Source of the DNA: an uncultured bacterium
GTDB lineage: Bacteria > Hydrothermota > Tepidihabitantia > Tepidihabitantales > Tepidihabitantaceae
Direction: 5' to 3'
Length of the DNA: 64,000 nucleotides
Assembly (NCBI GenBank): GCA_964590395.1
Contig: CAZPVT010000005.1
Coordinates: 182,064-246,063, forward strand
The notes beneath the pieces are model-generated. The model did no database searches, was not told the DNA's origin, and was given only the letters and a program-made list of their open reading frames with translations. The translations under genes were made by a program, and so were the position numbers. Shown one piece after another: positions 29,588-39,185 of the stretch (the first letter of the stretch is position 1; every line of letters begins with the position of its first letter).

Positions 29588-31411
29588 TTAGCGCCGGCGC
29601 TGTATCGCGGTAAGGGCGGTGCGTGCACCGTCGTGATTTGGATCAAGTTTCAGTGCAAGGTTGAGATATTGTTCAGCGGTGGCAAGGTCGTTCAGGCTGA
29701 TATATACCAAGCCGATGAGATAATCGATTTCGGGATTAGTGGGATCAAGTTGCCGGGCGAGTTGATAGTAGTTCAGGGCGAAAGAGAAGTCGCGCCGGGC
29801 GATGGCGATCCGGGCAGCGGCAAGATAGGTGAGGGCACGGACTGATGGTAGGTCTGGAGCGGTAGCGAGGAATTTTTTAAACTCCTGTTCTGCTTCTGCG
29901 GTGTGGCGCATTCCTGCGTAGGTTTCAATCAGACTATAGCGGGCAGAGTAGTTGTGTGGGTCGAATTGTAGCGCAGTCTGGAAGGCGGTTATTGCCGGTA
30001 GGGCTTTTTTATTCTCTATGTAGAGGTTGCCAAGTTGGGTCCAGGCTTGAGCAGTGTAGGTGCGCCGATTTACTGGAATCAGGTTGATGGCAAGGTAAAT
30101 TAGGAGTGTAGCGGTCAGGAGCAGGGCGAGATTTTTTAACCGTCGCTGGGAGAAGAGACGGTAGAGTTGTTCAATGGAGTAGCCGGCGAAGATGAGGAGA
30201 AATGGTAGAACCGGTGCTCGGAGTCGGGAAAGGACATAGAATAGGAGTGAGGAGGAGAGATAGCCGGCGATGAATATATAAAGCGGAAACAACCTGGTAC
30301 GGTTTTGCCAGGAGAGAATTATCCCGATAAGCGCTAGGGCAAGGCTGATGCCGAAGTTAATAAAGGCAATTTTTAATGGCAGGGAGAACGGCAGGATGAT
30401 TTCAAGGTAGTAGTTGTTGGGAATTTCATAATTGGCAAAAAAAAGTAGTAGTTTGCGCGCGAGAAGCTTTAAGTACTGAAATGGATGTTTAAATATGAAA
30501 TTTATGCCCTGTTTCAGCCAGTAAAAAGATGCCTGGGACCAAGTGAGTTCTTCGCCGTTAATAAATTTTGCCACCCTTTTTAGTCGTTCGTGGGAGAAGC
30601 CGAAGCCGGGGTCAAGTTCTTTTGAGGGTTGCCAGGTGCCGTCTGCCGAGGGATTGTTGCCGAAATAGAAGTTGATGCCAGCGTGGGCAGTAAATATGAC
30701 TGGATCGCGGGCGACAAGATAGTTGCGCATCGGAATAACAGCAATGACCAGCGCGGTTGTTAAAATGAAGTTACTGAGTGGTAGCCAATTTCCCCTCCGA
30801 AGTTTTAGTTGCCAGAGGATCAGGAGGGGTAAAAGAATAAGCATTTCCGGGCGGCAGATAACCAGCAGTCCGTAGGAGATGCCAGCCAAGATGTATTGCC
30901 ACCACTGTCCGGTAGAAAAGAGTAAAAGGTAGACGGTCAACAGGTTTAAGAAGATGGTCAGTTCTACATAAAGCAGGGTGAAGGAGTAAAATACTAAAAC
31001 GCCGGTGAAAGCAAAGAGGCCACCGGCAATAAGTGCAACTGTTCGGTTAAAAAGTTTATAAGTAATTTTCATCAATAAGACACAGGAGAGGGTAGCAAGT
31101 AGGGCTTGAAATATCTGGACGGGCAGGATGTTAGTTCCGAAGAGGGTATAAAAAAGCGCCAAAAGGTAGGGATAAAGCGGTATCAGGAAGAAGACATCTG
31201 AACCCAAAAAGTTGCCCTGGATTATCTCCAGTGCCCAGCGGTGGTAAGCCCAGGCGTCAACGATCTGGGGGGAGATTGTAGATAAAGGATGATATTGCAT
31301 ACTCTGGATAAACCAGATTCTGATACAAAGGGTCAAGAGAACGGGCAGGTAAGTAAAGAGCCGGTTTTTGAAACTGTTCGTTTGCCGGGAAGGGATTTTT
31401 CTTTTTACCAT
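29588..31411 (-). CDS. Polytopic membrane protein with C-terminal TPR repeats (GT-C-like, DUF2723/PMT-like fold). Its start overlaps the upstream stop as TGATG; the track's longer N-terminus is rejected.
   Basis: About 11 predicted TM helices followed by roughly five TPR units (…YSLIETYAGMRHTAEAEQEFKKFL…). Confidence 0.5.
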   Translation of the reverse strand: MVKRKIPSRQTNSFKNRLFTYLPVLLTLCIRIWFIQSMQYHPLSTISPQIVDAWAYHRWALEIIQGNFLGSDVFFLIPLYPYLLALFYTLFGTNILPVQIFQALLATLSCVLLMKITYKLFNRTVALIAGGLFAFTGVLVFYSFTLLYVELTIFLNLLTVYLLLFSTGQWWQYILAGISYGLLVICRPEMLILLPLLILWQLKLRRGNWLPLSNFILTTALVIAVIPMRNYLVARDPVIFTAHAGINFYFGNNPSADGTWQPSKELDPGFGFSHERLKRVAKFINGEELTWSQASFYWLKQGINFIFKHPFQYLKLLARKLLLFFANYEIPNNYYLEIILPFSLPLKIAFINFGISLALALIGIILSWQNRTRLFPLYIFIAGYLSSSLLFYVLSRLRAPVLPFLLIFAGYSIEQLYRLFSQRRLKNLALLLTATLLIYLAINLIPVNRRTYTAQAWTQLGNLYIENKKALPAITAFQTALQFDPHNYSARYSLIETYAGMRHTAEAEQEFKKFLATAPDLPSVRALTYLAAARIAIARRDFSFALNYYQLARQLDPTNPEIDYLIGLVYISLNDLATAEQYLNLALKLDPNHDGARTALTAIQRRR

Positions 31412-33342
31412 CAGGGAGCGAAGGGCAGTTGAACCAAAAGCAACAATGTGGCAATAATCAGGGTTACGAAGGTAACGAGAGCGCCCTTCCCAATCCACTG
31501 ACGGAAGGTAATTGATTGGCCGGAGGTTTTTTCATAAGCACCAATTGCCACCAGATTAGCGCTCGAGCCGATCATCGTCAGATTGCCTCCATAACACCCA
31601 CCGATTAAGAGACTCCACCAGAGAATAGAACTGTGAGGTAGGCCAATCTGAACAAGCGTTTTGACGATGGGTACCAGGGCAGCAACGATGGGCATATTGT
31701 CAACAAAACCGGAGGCGATACCGGAGAACCAGAGTAAAAGTATTAGGCTGGAACCGGTCAAGCCGGCTGGTCCAAGCCAGTGGGTGAATGGCAGTTGGTT
31801 TGCCACCTGAAGTAGAAGATAACCCAGTTTGGTAGTAACGCCGGCATGTTCCAGACAGGCAGCGTTGGCGAAGAGGAACATAAAGAAGAGAATTGTCCAC
31901 CAGTCAATACCCCTTTCAATTAACTGTTTGCCCCGTTCCTGTTCGCTGAAGATAACGAAGGCAAGGGCGACAACCGGTGCGGTAATGAGCATTGTGCCTT
32001 CAGTTAAACCTAGCCACTGCTCGAGTCGGGCATGGAGGACAATGGTGAGAATTACTGCGACAAAAACCGCTGCGCCTAACCGTAGTTCACCTCGTTTGAT
32101 TTCACCTGTTGGCGAAATAGACGAGATGGATTGAATATGCAACTGCTTTCGAAAGAGCAGGAGGCATAGAACTATGGCGATGACGCCAGCAATAACCGAA
32201 ATCGGTGTTGCCCAGCGTAAAAAATCTTCAAAAGTCAGATTACCGGCGAAGGCGATGTAGACGCCAATCGGGTTACCGACCAGAGTTAAGGCACTGCCGA
32301 CATTGGTGGCAAAAACCAGCGCCAGCAAATAAGGGAGCGGAGAGGCTTTAGCGCGGCGGGCAACTTCGGTTGCCAGACCGAAGGTAACAAGTATTCCAGA
32401 CACCTCGCCGGCAAATCCTGATAGGAAAATTGAGAAAAGCATTAAGACGACCAGCAGTAATCCCGGGGAGTTGCCAGTGCGTCGGGCAACAGCGGTAACA
32501 ATCACCCGGAATAGGCCAATATTCTCTAGCCATTTGATCAGCGCCATCATTGCCATAATAAAAATCACGGTCGGGACTGACATATACTCAACCGCCAGTT
32601 CGATATCCATTACATTTGAAAACAGTAAAATGGCAATGCTGACAGCCGCTAGGGCAACGCGGTAGCGCCAAAAAAAAATTGTGCCCAGAATCATTCCTAA
32701 GAAGATCGCGGTGGTGAATGCCTGATGGGTGAGATAGGGTTCGTGGTTGAATCTAATGTAGCCTAACTTTTCGTAGATGCCGGTGGCGGGCAGTTGGAGC
32801 GCAGGGAAAATTAATCTACCCAGCAAATAGGTGGTAAAGACGGCAAGTAAAAGCAGTATAAGTGAGCTATAACTGCGGAGAAAGTTAGGGGATGTTTCGT
32901 GGACAAGGTGGTGATAGAGAACGGTGGTGTTACTGGCAGAGAGCAATTGCTGCCGACGATGGGGCTGATGAAGCAAACGTGCAATTTCAGCGAGGAGGAA
33001 GAGATAGTCGGACCGTTGTTGCTCACTGGCGACAATCAGGCAAACCAGTTTTACCGGTTCACCGTCGACCGCTCGCCAGTCAACGCCTTTACGTATCCGT
33101 ACAAATACCACCAGAGGCGTGGTGAGCGGAGTGGCAAGCAGTGCATGGGGTAGGGCGATACCATTGCCGACACCCGTAGTACCGGCTTTTTCCCGTTTAT
33201 TGAGAAGGATAATTAGTTCGGTTGAATCGATACCATAATTCCGTAGTTTTTCGGCAACCAGAGTAAAGAGCGCGTCTTGTGATTCAATCTCATTGATATC
33301 CCAAACCAGTTCCTGACGAAGGTATTGAGAAAGTTTTGTCAT
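31411..33342 (-). CDS. Fusion protein: an N-terminal PTS EIIA type-2 (EIIA-Ntr/fructose family) domain joined to an IT-superfamily (ArsB/NhaD/CitMHS-like) permease (paralog B).
   Basis: The N-terminus carries GxGIALPH with the phospho-acceptor His, plus …VCLIVASEQ…. The C-terminus has about 12 TM helices with GNPIGVYIAFAG and GGNLTMIGSSANLVAIGA motifs. Confidence 0.65.
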   Translation of the reverse strand: MTKLSQYLRQELVWDINEIESQDALFTLVAEKLRNYGIDSTELIILLNKREKAGTTGVGNGIALPHALLATPLTTPLVVFVRIRKGVDWRAVDGEPVKLVCLIVASEQQRSDYLFLLAEIARLLHQPHRRQQLLSASNTTVLYHHLVHETSPNFLRSYSSLILLLLAVFTTYLLGRLIFPALQLPATGIYEKLGYIRFNHEPYLTHQAFTTAIFLGMILGTIFFWRYRVALAAVSIAILLFSNVMDIELAVEYMSVPTVIFIMAMMALIKWLENIGLFRVIVTAVARRTGNSPGLLLVVLMLFSIFLSGFAGEVSGILVTFGLATEVARRAKASPLPYLLALVFATNVGSALTLVGNPIGVYIAFAGNLTFEDFLRWATPISVIAGVIAIVLCLLLFRKQLHIQSISSISPTGEIKRGELRLGAAVFVAVILTIVLHARLEQWLGLTEGTMLITAPVVALAFVIFSEQERGKQLIERGIDWWTILFFMFLFANAACLEHAGVTTKLGYLLLQVANQLPFTHWLGPAGLTGSSLILLLWFSGIASGFVDNMPIVAALVPIVKTLVQIGLPHSSILWWSLLIGGCYGGNLTMIGSSANLVAIGAYEKTSGQSITFRQWIGKGALVTFVTLIIATLLLLVQLPFAP

Positions 33343-33756
33343 TTAACCGTTGGGCATTAAAAGCAGGGGACAGGGCAGGTTAGGCAATAGTTCTTCCGGT
33401 AACTGATAGTCATGGTCGGCAAGTATACTTATGGGCAAAATAACCAGATCGCAGTGGGTGGTACTGGCAAGAAATTGGATATTGTCAATGGTGCTGAGCT
33501 GGGCAACTACCGAAGCCTTGACGCCTGCCTGTTTGAATTCCTCTTCCAGTCGATAGATATTTTGCCAGCAGCGCCGTTCATAATTCTCAATGCGTACTAC
33601 TTGACGGGTTGTGCCTTCCGTCCGGGATGGTGGGCAATTAGCAACCGGGTTGATCGCGGTGATTAATACCGTGCTCTGTTGCTTTTGAACAAGTGTCAAT
33701 ACCTGATGTTTCTCTTCCTGTTTTTCGCTGATAATATAAAGAATTCGTTCAAACAT
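33343..33756 (-). CDS. UspA-fold (universal stress protein family) protein without the canonical ATP-binding glycine motif.
   Basis: 137 aa; C-terminal …CDLVILPISILADHDYQLPEELLPNLPCPLLLMP resembles the Usp C-terminus. No intergenic gap to paralog B; 13-nt gap to paralog A. Confidence 0.45.
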   Translation of the reverse strand: MFERILYIISEKQEEKHQVLTLVQKQQSTVLITAINPVANCPPSRTEGTTRQVVRIENYERRCWQNIYRLEEEFKQAGVKASVVAQLSTIDNIQFLASTTHCDLVILPISILADHDYQLPEELLPNLPCPLLLMPNG

Positions 33757-33768
33757 AATACTCCTTTT

Positions 33769-35706
33769 TTATGGGGCAAGTTTGATCTGAAAAAATAGAG
33801 CAAACGTGGCAAGCGTGAGGGCAACGACGGTTACGGCAATTCCTAATGGAAGCCATTCCCGAAATCTAATGTGCCGTCCGCTTGCCCGTTCAAATGCACC
33901 CACCGCTACTAAATTGGCAGTCGAGCCGATGACCGTCAGGTTGCCGCCGAAACACCCACCTAAAAGCAAAGCCCACCAGAGGATGGAAGAGTGGGGTATG
34001 CCGATGCGAATTAAATCCTTTACGACTGGCGCGAGGGCGGCAACGATCGGTAGATTATCTACAAAGCCGGAAAGAATTCCAGATAACCAGAGAAAAATTA
34101 AGGTGGCAGGCACGGTAATGGTCCCGGTGTTACCGGCAGTGCTGGCTGCCAGACGATGTAAGAGATACCCCAGTTTGGTTGTGACTCCGGTATACTCCAG
34201 ACACGCAGCGTTGGCGAAAAGAAACATAAAGAAGAGCAGTGTCCACCAGTCAATACCCCTCTCCACCAGCACCCGCCCTTTTTCCTGTTCGTAAAAAACA
34301 ATAAAACCGGTTACTGCCAGTGCGCTTGCTACCAGCGCGGTGCCATCTGCTAAGTTAAACAAGACTTCAATACGACGGTGTAGAGCAATGAGGGCGACAG
34401 TGACAATAAAGGTAATAATACCGGTGCGGAGTTTTGCCCGGTCAATAGTTCCGGTTGCCTCACCCAATTCCCGGGTATCAAGAGCATAACGGATACCCCA
34501 AAAATGCCGTCGATAAAAGAGCAAACATAGGCCTGCAACAACTATTGCGGTAAAAATTGAAATTGGTGTTGCCCAACGCAGGAAGTCTTCAAATGACAAT
34601 CCGCCGGCGAAGGCGATGTAAACACCAATCGGGTTGCCAATCAAAGTTATAGCACTGCCAACATTAGTAGCAAAAACCAGTGACAAGAGGAAAGGTACGA
34701 GGGGTGCTTTTGTACGGCGGGAGACCTCAAGGGCAAGACCGAAAGTGACGAGGATGGCGGATACCTCGTCGGCAAAACCACCCAGTATAACCGAAAAACC
34801 CATCAGCAGTAAAAGCAGTAGCCACGGGATGCCTTTAACCTTATCTACTGCTCTGACGACCACAAAACGAAAAACCCCGATGTTCTGTAGCCAACGAACG
34901 ATAACCATCATCGCCATAATGAAAAGTATGGTAGGAATCGACATAAATTTGACGGTATGTTCTAAATCCATAACACCCGTGATCAGGAGAATTCCCAGTG
35001 CCACAGCAGCAATCGCCACCCGGAAGCGCCAGAAGAGGAGTGTCCCCAGAACCATCGCTAAAAACAGTGTGATGGTGAGTTGCTGGCGGAAGAGCCATGG
35101 TTGTTCATTGAAGTGGAGGTAGCCAAGTTCATGATAGACGCTACCCACGGGGAGGCGAATCATTGGTAAAACCAGTCGAGCAATTCCAGCTATCAATGCC
35201 ACCAATGCGAAGAAAAAGAACAGGCGACGGTTACGGCGTAAAAATCCCAGATGAGGTGGGCGGGCAATGAGCGTTGATACGGTAGCAGCACTGGTGGCTT
35301 TGATTGCCGCGTTGCGTAGTTGCGGGGTATTTAAAGCCCGGGCAATCTCGGCAAGCATGTTGAGGTAGAGATTGTGATCTTTTTCTGAGGCAAAAAGAAA
35401 GATCAAAAGACGCACTGGTTCATTGTCAACCGAGTTCCAGTTAATCGGTTGTTTTAGTCGGACGACGATGGCGAATGGCTGCTGAACATTATTACTAATC
35501 ACATGGGGTATTGCGATGCCATAACCGATACCGGTTGAACCAAGTTGTTCCCGTTCGGTTAGCTCTTTTACTAACGCCTCTTCGTTGGCCACCATACTGG
35601 CAGCGGCCAGATGGTGGGCGACACGGCGAAAGATTTCAGCCGCAGTTACATTTTCAGCAATGTCCAGTGCTAATTTATGCTGGACAAATTTTCCCAGGTT
35701 AATCAT
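33769..35706 (-). CDS. Fusion protein: PTS EIIA type-2 domain joined to an IT-superfamily permease (paralog A).
   Basis: GIGYGIAIPH with …LLIFLFASEK…, and the same permease motifs as paralog B. The two proteins look roughly 55-60% identical by eye. Confidence 0.65.
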   Translation of the reverse strand: MINLGKFVQHKLALDIAENVTAAEIFRRVAHHLAAASMVANEEALVKELTEREQLGSTGIGYGIAIPHVISNNVQQPFAIVVRLKQPINWNSVDNEPVRLLIFLFASEKDHNLYLNMLAEIARALNTPQLRNAAIKATSAATVSTLIARPPHLGFLRRNRRLFFFFALVALIAGIARLVLPMIRLPVGSVYHELGYLHFNEQPWLFRQQLTITLFLAMVLGTLLFWRFRVAIAAVALGILLITGVMDLEHTVKFMSIPTILFIMAMMVIVRWLQNIGVFRFVVVRAVDKVKGIPWLLLLLLMGFSVILGGFADEVSAILVTFGLALEVSRRTKAPLVPFLLSLVFATNVGSAITLIGNPIGVYIAFAGGLSFEDFLRWATPISIFTAIVVAGLCLLFYRRHFWGIRYALDTRELGEATGTIDRAKLRTGIITFIVTVALIALHRRIEVLFNLADGTALVASALAVTGFIVFYEQEKGRVLVERGIDWWTLLFFMFLFANAACLEYTGVTTKLGYLLHRLAASTAGNTGTITVPATLIFLWLSGILSGFVDNLPIVAALAPVVKDLIRIGIPHSSILWWALLLGGCFGGNLTVIGSTANLVAVGAFERASGRHIRFREWLPLGIAVTVVALTLATFALFFQIKLAP

Positions 35707-35806
35707 TTTCGCAATTCAGTTGGATCTTAGGCATATTCGAGGAGTGTCAAATTACTGATTATATCGTATCCACGCAAAAGTTGTGCCTTCCGGTAACAAA
35801 ACATGA

Positions 35807-36382
35807 TCATTGCAGCTCACTAAACCGGGGTTTAGCAAAAACCACCTGTCCTACGTCGGTATTGATCGCACCTTGGACCACTGCCTCTAGTTCCTGGCCC
35901 ACGGCGTTGCCGGCGTTTTCTACCACCACCTTTATACCACCTTCAAGATAGCCAATTCCCTCGTTACGTTCTTTGCCTTTTTTGGTAACTTTCACCTTGA
36001 TGACGGTACCGGGTAGATAGGAGGGACGAAACAGTTCAAAAAGTTCTGTTGTGGTAACGACTACTAAGCCGTTGGCTGAGGTTTTTAGTTCAGGCTTGAT
36101 GGTAATGATGGTTGCGCGGTGTTTGCGTGCGATGTTTAATAAGTCCTGGTTAGTTAGAATATCTGGGATGATTTTTAGCTCGAGTCCGTTGATCTTATTT
36201 AGTTGCTCAATATGTTCCTTTGCGCGCTGAATGGCATAGTCAGTTTCTTCACCTCTGCTTTCCGGTTGCGGAAGCAGTAGTTTTCCCTGTAAGATGCCGA
36301 GTTGGAGAAACTTGATGATGCGCGGATCCGACAGGGTATCCAAATCGATGATAAAGGTTTTGGGTTTTTTCCAAAAGAACAT
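35807..36382 (-). CDS. PIN/TRAM-domain protein (YacL-like). The ATG at 36382 lies 5 nt after GGAGGA; the track's 36442 start overlaps radA and is rejected.
   Basis: N-terminal …FIIDLDTLSDPRI… is PIN-like. The C-terminal TRAM domain (…GTVIKVKVTKKGKERNEGIGYLEGGIKVVVENAG…) and the position after radA match Bacillus radA-(disA)-yacL. Confidence 0.65.
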   Translation of the reverse strand: MFFWKKPKTFIIDLDTLSDPRIIKFLQLGILQGKLLLPQPESRGEETDYAIQRAKEHIEQLNKINGLELKIIPDILTNQDLLNIARKHRATIITIKPELKTSANGLVVVTTTELFELFRPSYLPGTVIKVKVTKKGKERNEGIGYLEGGIKVVVENAGNAVGQELEAVVQGAINTDVGQVVFAKPRFSELQ

Positions 36383-36407
36383 AAAATCCTCCTCGTAATA
36401 ATAATGA

Positions 36408-37766
36408 TCATTTTTTGAGTTTAAGAAACGCAAGCGCCGCATTGACCGAGTCTACCGGTACGGCAGTTAATCCACTGATCTTCGGCTGACTGCTGAGAAC
36501 GGGTAACAGTGCTTTTCTGAACCCCAGACGACGTGCTTCATTGAGCCTTGCGGCGATGCGCGCTACTGATCTAATTTCTCCCGCCAGACCAACTTCGCCG
36601 ATGAGGACGATGTCCTTGGGTAACGGTACATTAACTAGTGCTGAAGATAATGTACAGATAACGCCCAGGTCAACTGCCGGTTCAGTCAGTTTTAATCCTC
36701 CGGCGACATTGAGAAAGATATCCCGGTTGCCTACGCGGATACCCGCCCGGCGTTCCAAAATACCTAGAAGCAATGTCAAACGTCGCAGGTCAAAACCAGT
36801 AGTGACACGCTGGGGGAGAGGGAAAGGTGTTGGAGCAGCAAGCGCCTGAACTTCCACCAGTAGTGGTCGGGTTCCCTCGAGCGTTACCACTACTGCAGAT
36901 CCGGAGACATCGGGCCGGCGCTCAGCGAGAAAAAGCTCAGAAGGATTTGGGACCTCCACCAACCCGGTGTCAGTCATTTCAAAAACACCGATTTCGTTCG
37001 TCGGTCCGTAGCGATTTTTCACCGTGCGGACAATGCGATAGTTCTGGGTGGATTCGCCTTCAAAATACAGCACGGTGTCGACCATATGCTCTAAGGTCTT
37101 TGGACCGGCAATTGCACCAAATTTTGTTACATGACCGATAATGAAGACCGATAGGTGATGAGCTTTTGCTATTTTCAGTAATTCTCCGGTGCATTCACGT
37201 ACTTGGGCAATACTACCCGGCGCACTAGTCAGTTCCGGATTGATTAATGTCTGAATGGAGTCAATTACCAGGAGTCCGGGTTTAGTTTGGTTTACTCCCG
37301 CAATAATTTCATCAAGGTCAACAGAGCACAATAGATAAAATTCTTCTGCTATGTCTTCCAGTCTTTGGGCACGCAAGCGGACTTGCTCACCTGATTCTTC
37401 ACCGGTAACATATAACACAGGGATTTTTCTCCGGGCAATCCTGATGCAAACTTGCATCAGGAGGGTAGATTTGCCGATGCCTGGTTCCCCGCCCAGAAGT
37501 AAAAGCGAACCGGGAACAATACCTCCGCCTAACACTCGGTCAAGTTCGTTGATACCGGTGCTAAGCCGGGTAACTGTTTGGAGTGAGATTTCGTTCAGCC
37601 GATAGATTTGGGTGGTTACGGTAATGGTTCGTTTCGCTTTGGTTTGTTTTTTCTCGGGAGTTTTTTCTTCCACCAAGGTATTCCATTCTCCACAATTCGG
37701 ACATTTTCCAAGCCAACGCGGAGTCATATAACCGCAGTTTTGACAAACGAAATGAGTGGTTCTCAT
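36408..37766 (-). CDS. radA: DNA repair protein RadA/Sms.
   Basis: C4 Zn finger (CQNCGY…CPNCGEW), RecA-like Walker A (GGEPGIGKST), and a Lon-like C-terminal domain. Confidence 0.95.
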   Translation of the reverse strand: MRTTHFVCQNCGYMTPRWLGKCPNCGEWNTLVEEKTPEKKQTKAKRTITVTTQIYRLNEISLQTVTRLSTGINELDRVLGGGIVPGSLLLLGGEPGIGKSTLLMQVCIRIARRKIPVLYVTGEESGEQVRLRAQRLEDIAEEFYLLCSVDLDEIIAGVNQTKPGLLVIDSIQTLINPELTSAPGSIAQVRECTGELLKIAKAHHLSVFIIGHVTKFGAIAGPKTLEHMVDTVLYFEGESTQNYRIVRTVKNRYGPTNEIGVFEMTDTGLVEVPNPSELFLAERRPDVSGSAVVVTLEGTRPLLVEVQALAAPTPFPLPQRVTTGFDLRRLTLLLGILERRAGIRVGNRDIFLNVAGGLKLTEPAVDLGVICTLSSALVNVPLPKDIVLIGEVGLAGEIRSVARIAARLNEARRLGFRKALLPVLSSQPKISGLTAVPVDSVNAALAFLKLKK

Positions 37767-39185
37767 TTAGATATCGAAGTCTTCTGTGCCGGTTGATTCC
37801 GGTTCGTAGGCGAAACGGGTTTCGGTGTTTTCAAAGCGCATATATTCATAGAGAAAAACCAAATGAATTGTATCGGTAGGTCCATTGCGTTGTTTGGCGA
37901 TGTTAAGTTCGGCATCCCGCTTTATGTTTTCATCCAACGTTGCCCATTCTTTTGTTCGATAGGCTGCATCCCGGTACAAAAGCAGTACAACATCAGCATC
38001 CTGTTCAAGTGCCCCTGATTCGCGCAGATCAGCAAGTTGCGGTCTTTTATTTTGGCGATGGTCAGGCGCACGGGACAGTTGAGATACAGCGATTACCGGG
38101 ATATTCAGTTCTTTTGCCATCGCTTTAAGTGCCTGTGATATTTCTGTGATCTCCTGCTGACGGTTATATTCTCGGCGCCGGCTATAATGAGGTTTCATCA
38201 ATTGGAGGTAGTCAATGATAATCAGTCCCAAATTAGGGTATTCAGTTTTCAGTCGACGAGCCCTTGCCCGTACCTCTAGTGCATTCAATGAGCTCGAGTC
38301 ATCGATGAACAGCTGCGCTTCGGAAAGTCGTCCTACTGCGGTGACTATCCGGGTGTATTCCTGATTATTGAGTTGCCCACGGCGCAATTGATTGAGAGTA
38401 ACACGCGACTCCGAACAGATCAAACGCTGAATCAAACTGGTGGTGGACATTTCTAAACTAAAAATGGCGATCGGAATCGTTTTTTTTATCCGGGTTGTAG
38501 TATTTGCCGCAATATTCAGGGCAAAAGCGGTCTTGCCCATTCCAGGACGGCCCGCGATGATGATAAAATCACCAGGTTGAAATCCACTGGTAAGCGCGTC
38601 CAGGTCCCGATAACCGGTTTCTACACCGGTAATGTACTGTTTCTGCCCGCGCATTTTTTCAATACGGTCCATTTCGGGCAGTAGCTGATCCCGCACCAGC
38701 AGGAATTGCCGGCGTCCGCCAGTCTGTCGCAACTGGAAGATTTTACTTTCCGCCTGTTCCAACAGTTCTTCCGGTGACCGGCCTTCATCATAAGCCTCCT
38801 GCACAATTTCAGTTGCAGTCTGAATCAATTGTCGCTGAACAGCTTTTTCTAAGACTAACCGGGCATGTTCTTCACAGTTGGCTGATGTTATCACCGTGTC
38901 CAGGAGGCTGGCAACAAATGGCTGTCCGCCGATAGAATCCAATTCTTTCATCTGCCGGAGCTGATTAGTGACCGTGATGATGTCATAGGGTTCCTTGCGG
39001 TCAAACAGCGCCAGGATTGCCTCATAGACCCGGCGATGGGCAAGCGAATAAAAGTGTTCCGGTCGAAGAAAGTGCATCGCTTTCGGCAGCGCTTCTGGGT
39101 CTAAGAGAATAGCGCCCAGTACCGCGGCTTCTGCTTCCAGTGCCTGCGGTGGTTTTTTATCAAACCGTCCCGGTTCCGCTGCCAT
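37767..39185 (-). CDS. dnaB: Replicative DNA helicase DnaB.
   Basis: 472 aa; N-terminal …ALEAEAAVLGAILLDP…; Walker A GRPGMGKTAF. Confidence 0.95.
   Translation of the reverse strand: MAAEPGRFDKKPPQALEAEAAVLGAILLDPEALPKAMHFLRPEHFYSLAHRRVYEAILALFDRKEPYDIITVTNQLRQMKELDSIGGQPFVASLLDTVITSANCEEHARLVLEKAVQRQLIQTATEIVQEAYDEGRSPEELLEQAESKIFQLRQTGGRRQFLLVRDQLLPEMDRIEKMRGQKQYITGVETGYRDLDALTSGFQPGDFIIIAGRPGMGKTAFALNIAANTTTRIKKTIPIAIFSLEMSTTSLIQRLICSESRVTLNQLRRGQLNNQEYTRIVTAVGRLSEAQLFIDDSSSLNALEVRARARRLKTEYPNLGLIIIDYLQLMKPHYSRRREYNRQQEITEISQALKAMAKELNIPVIAVSQLSRAPDHRQNKRPQLADLRESGALEQDADVVLLLYRDAAYRTKEWATLDENIKRDAELNIAKQRNGPTDTIHLVFLYEYMRFENTETRFAYEPESTGTEDFDI

Noticed and set aside
29173-29646. 157-aa minus-strand ORF with a Thr-rich low-complexity translation, downstream of the TPR membrane-protein gene.
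   Set aside because: It overlaps the 3' end of the supported gene in another frame. Its composition bias reflects the G/T-rich plus strand. No ribosome-binding site or family similarity was found. The 29073-29587 spacer is more likely UTR or promoter sequence, containing the recJ TTGACT-16-TATAAA element.
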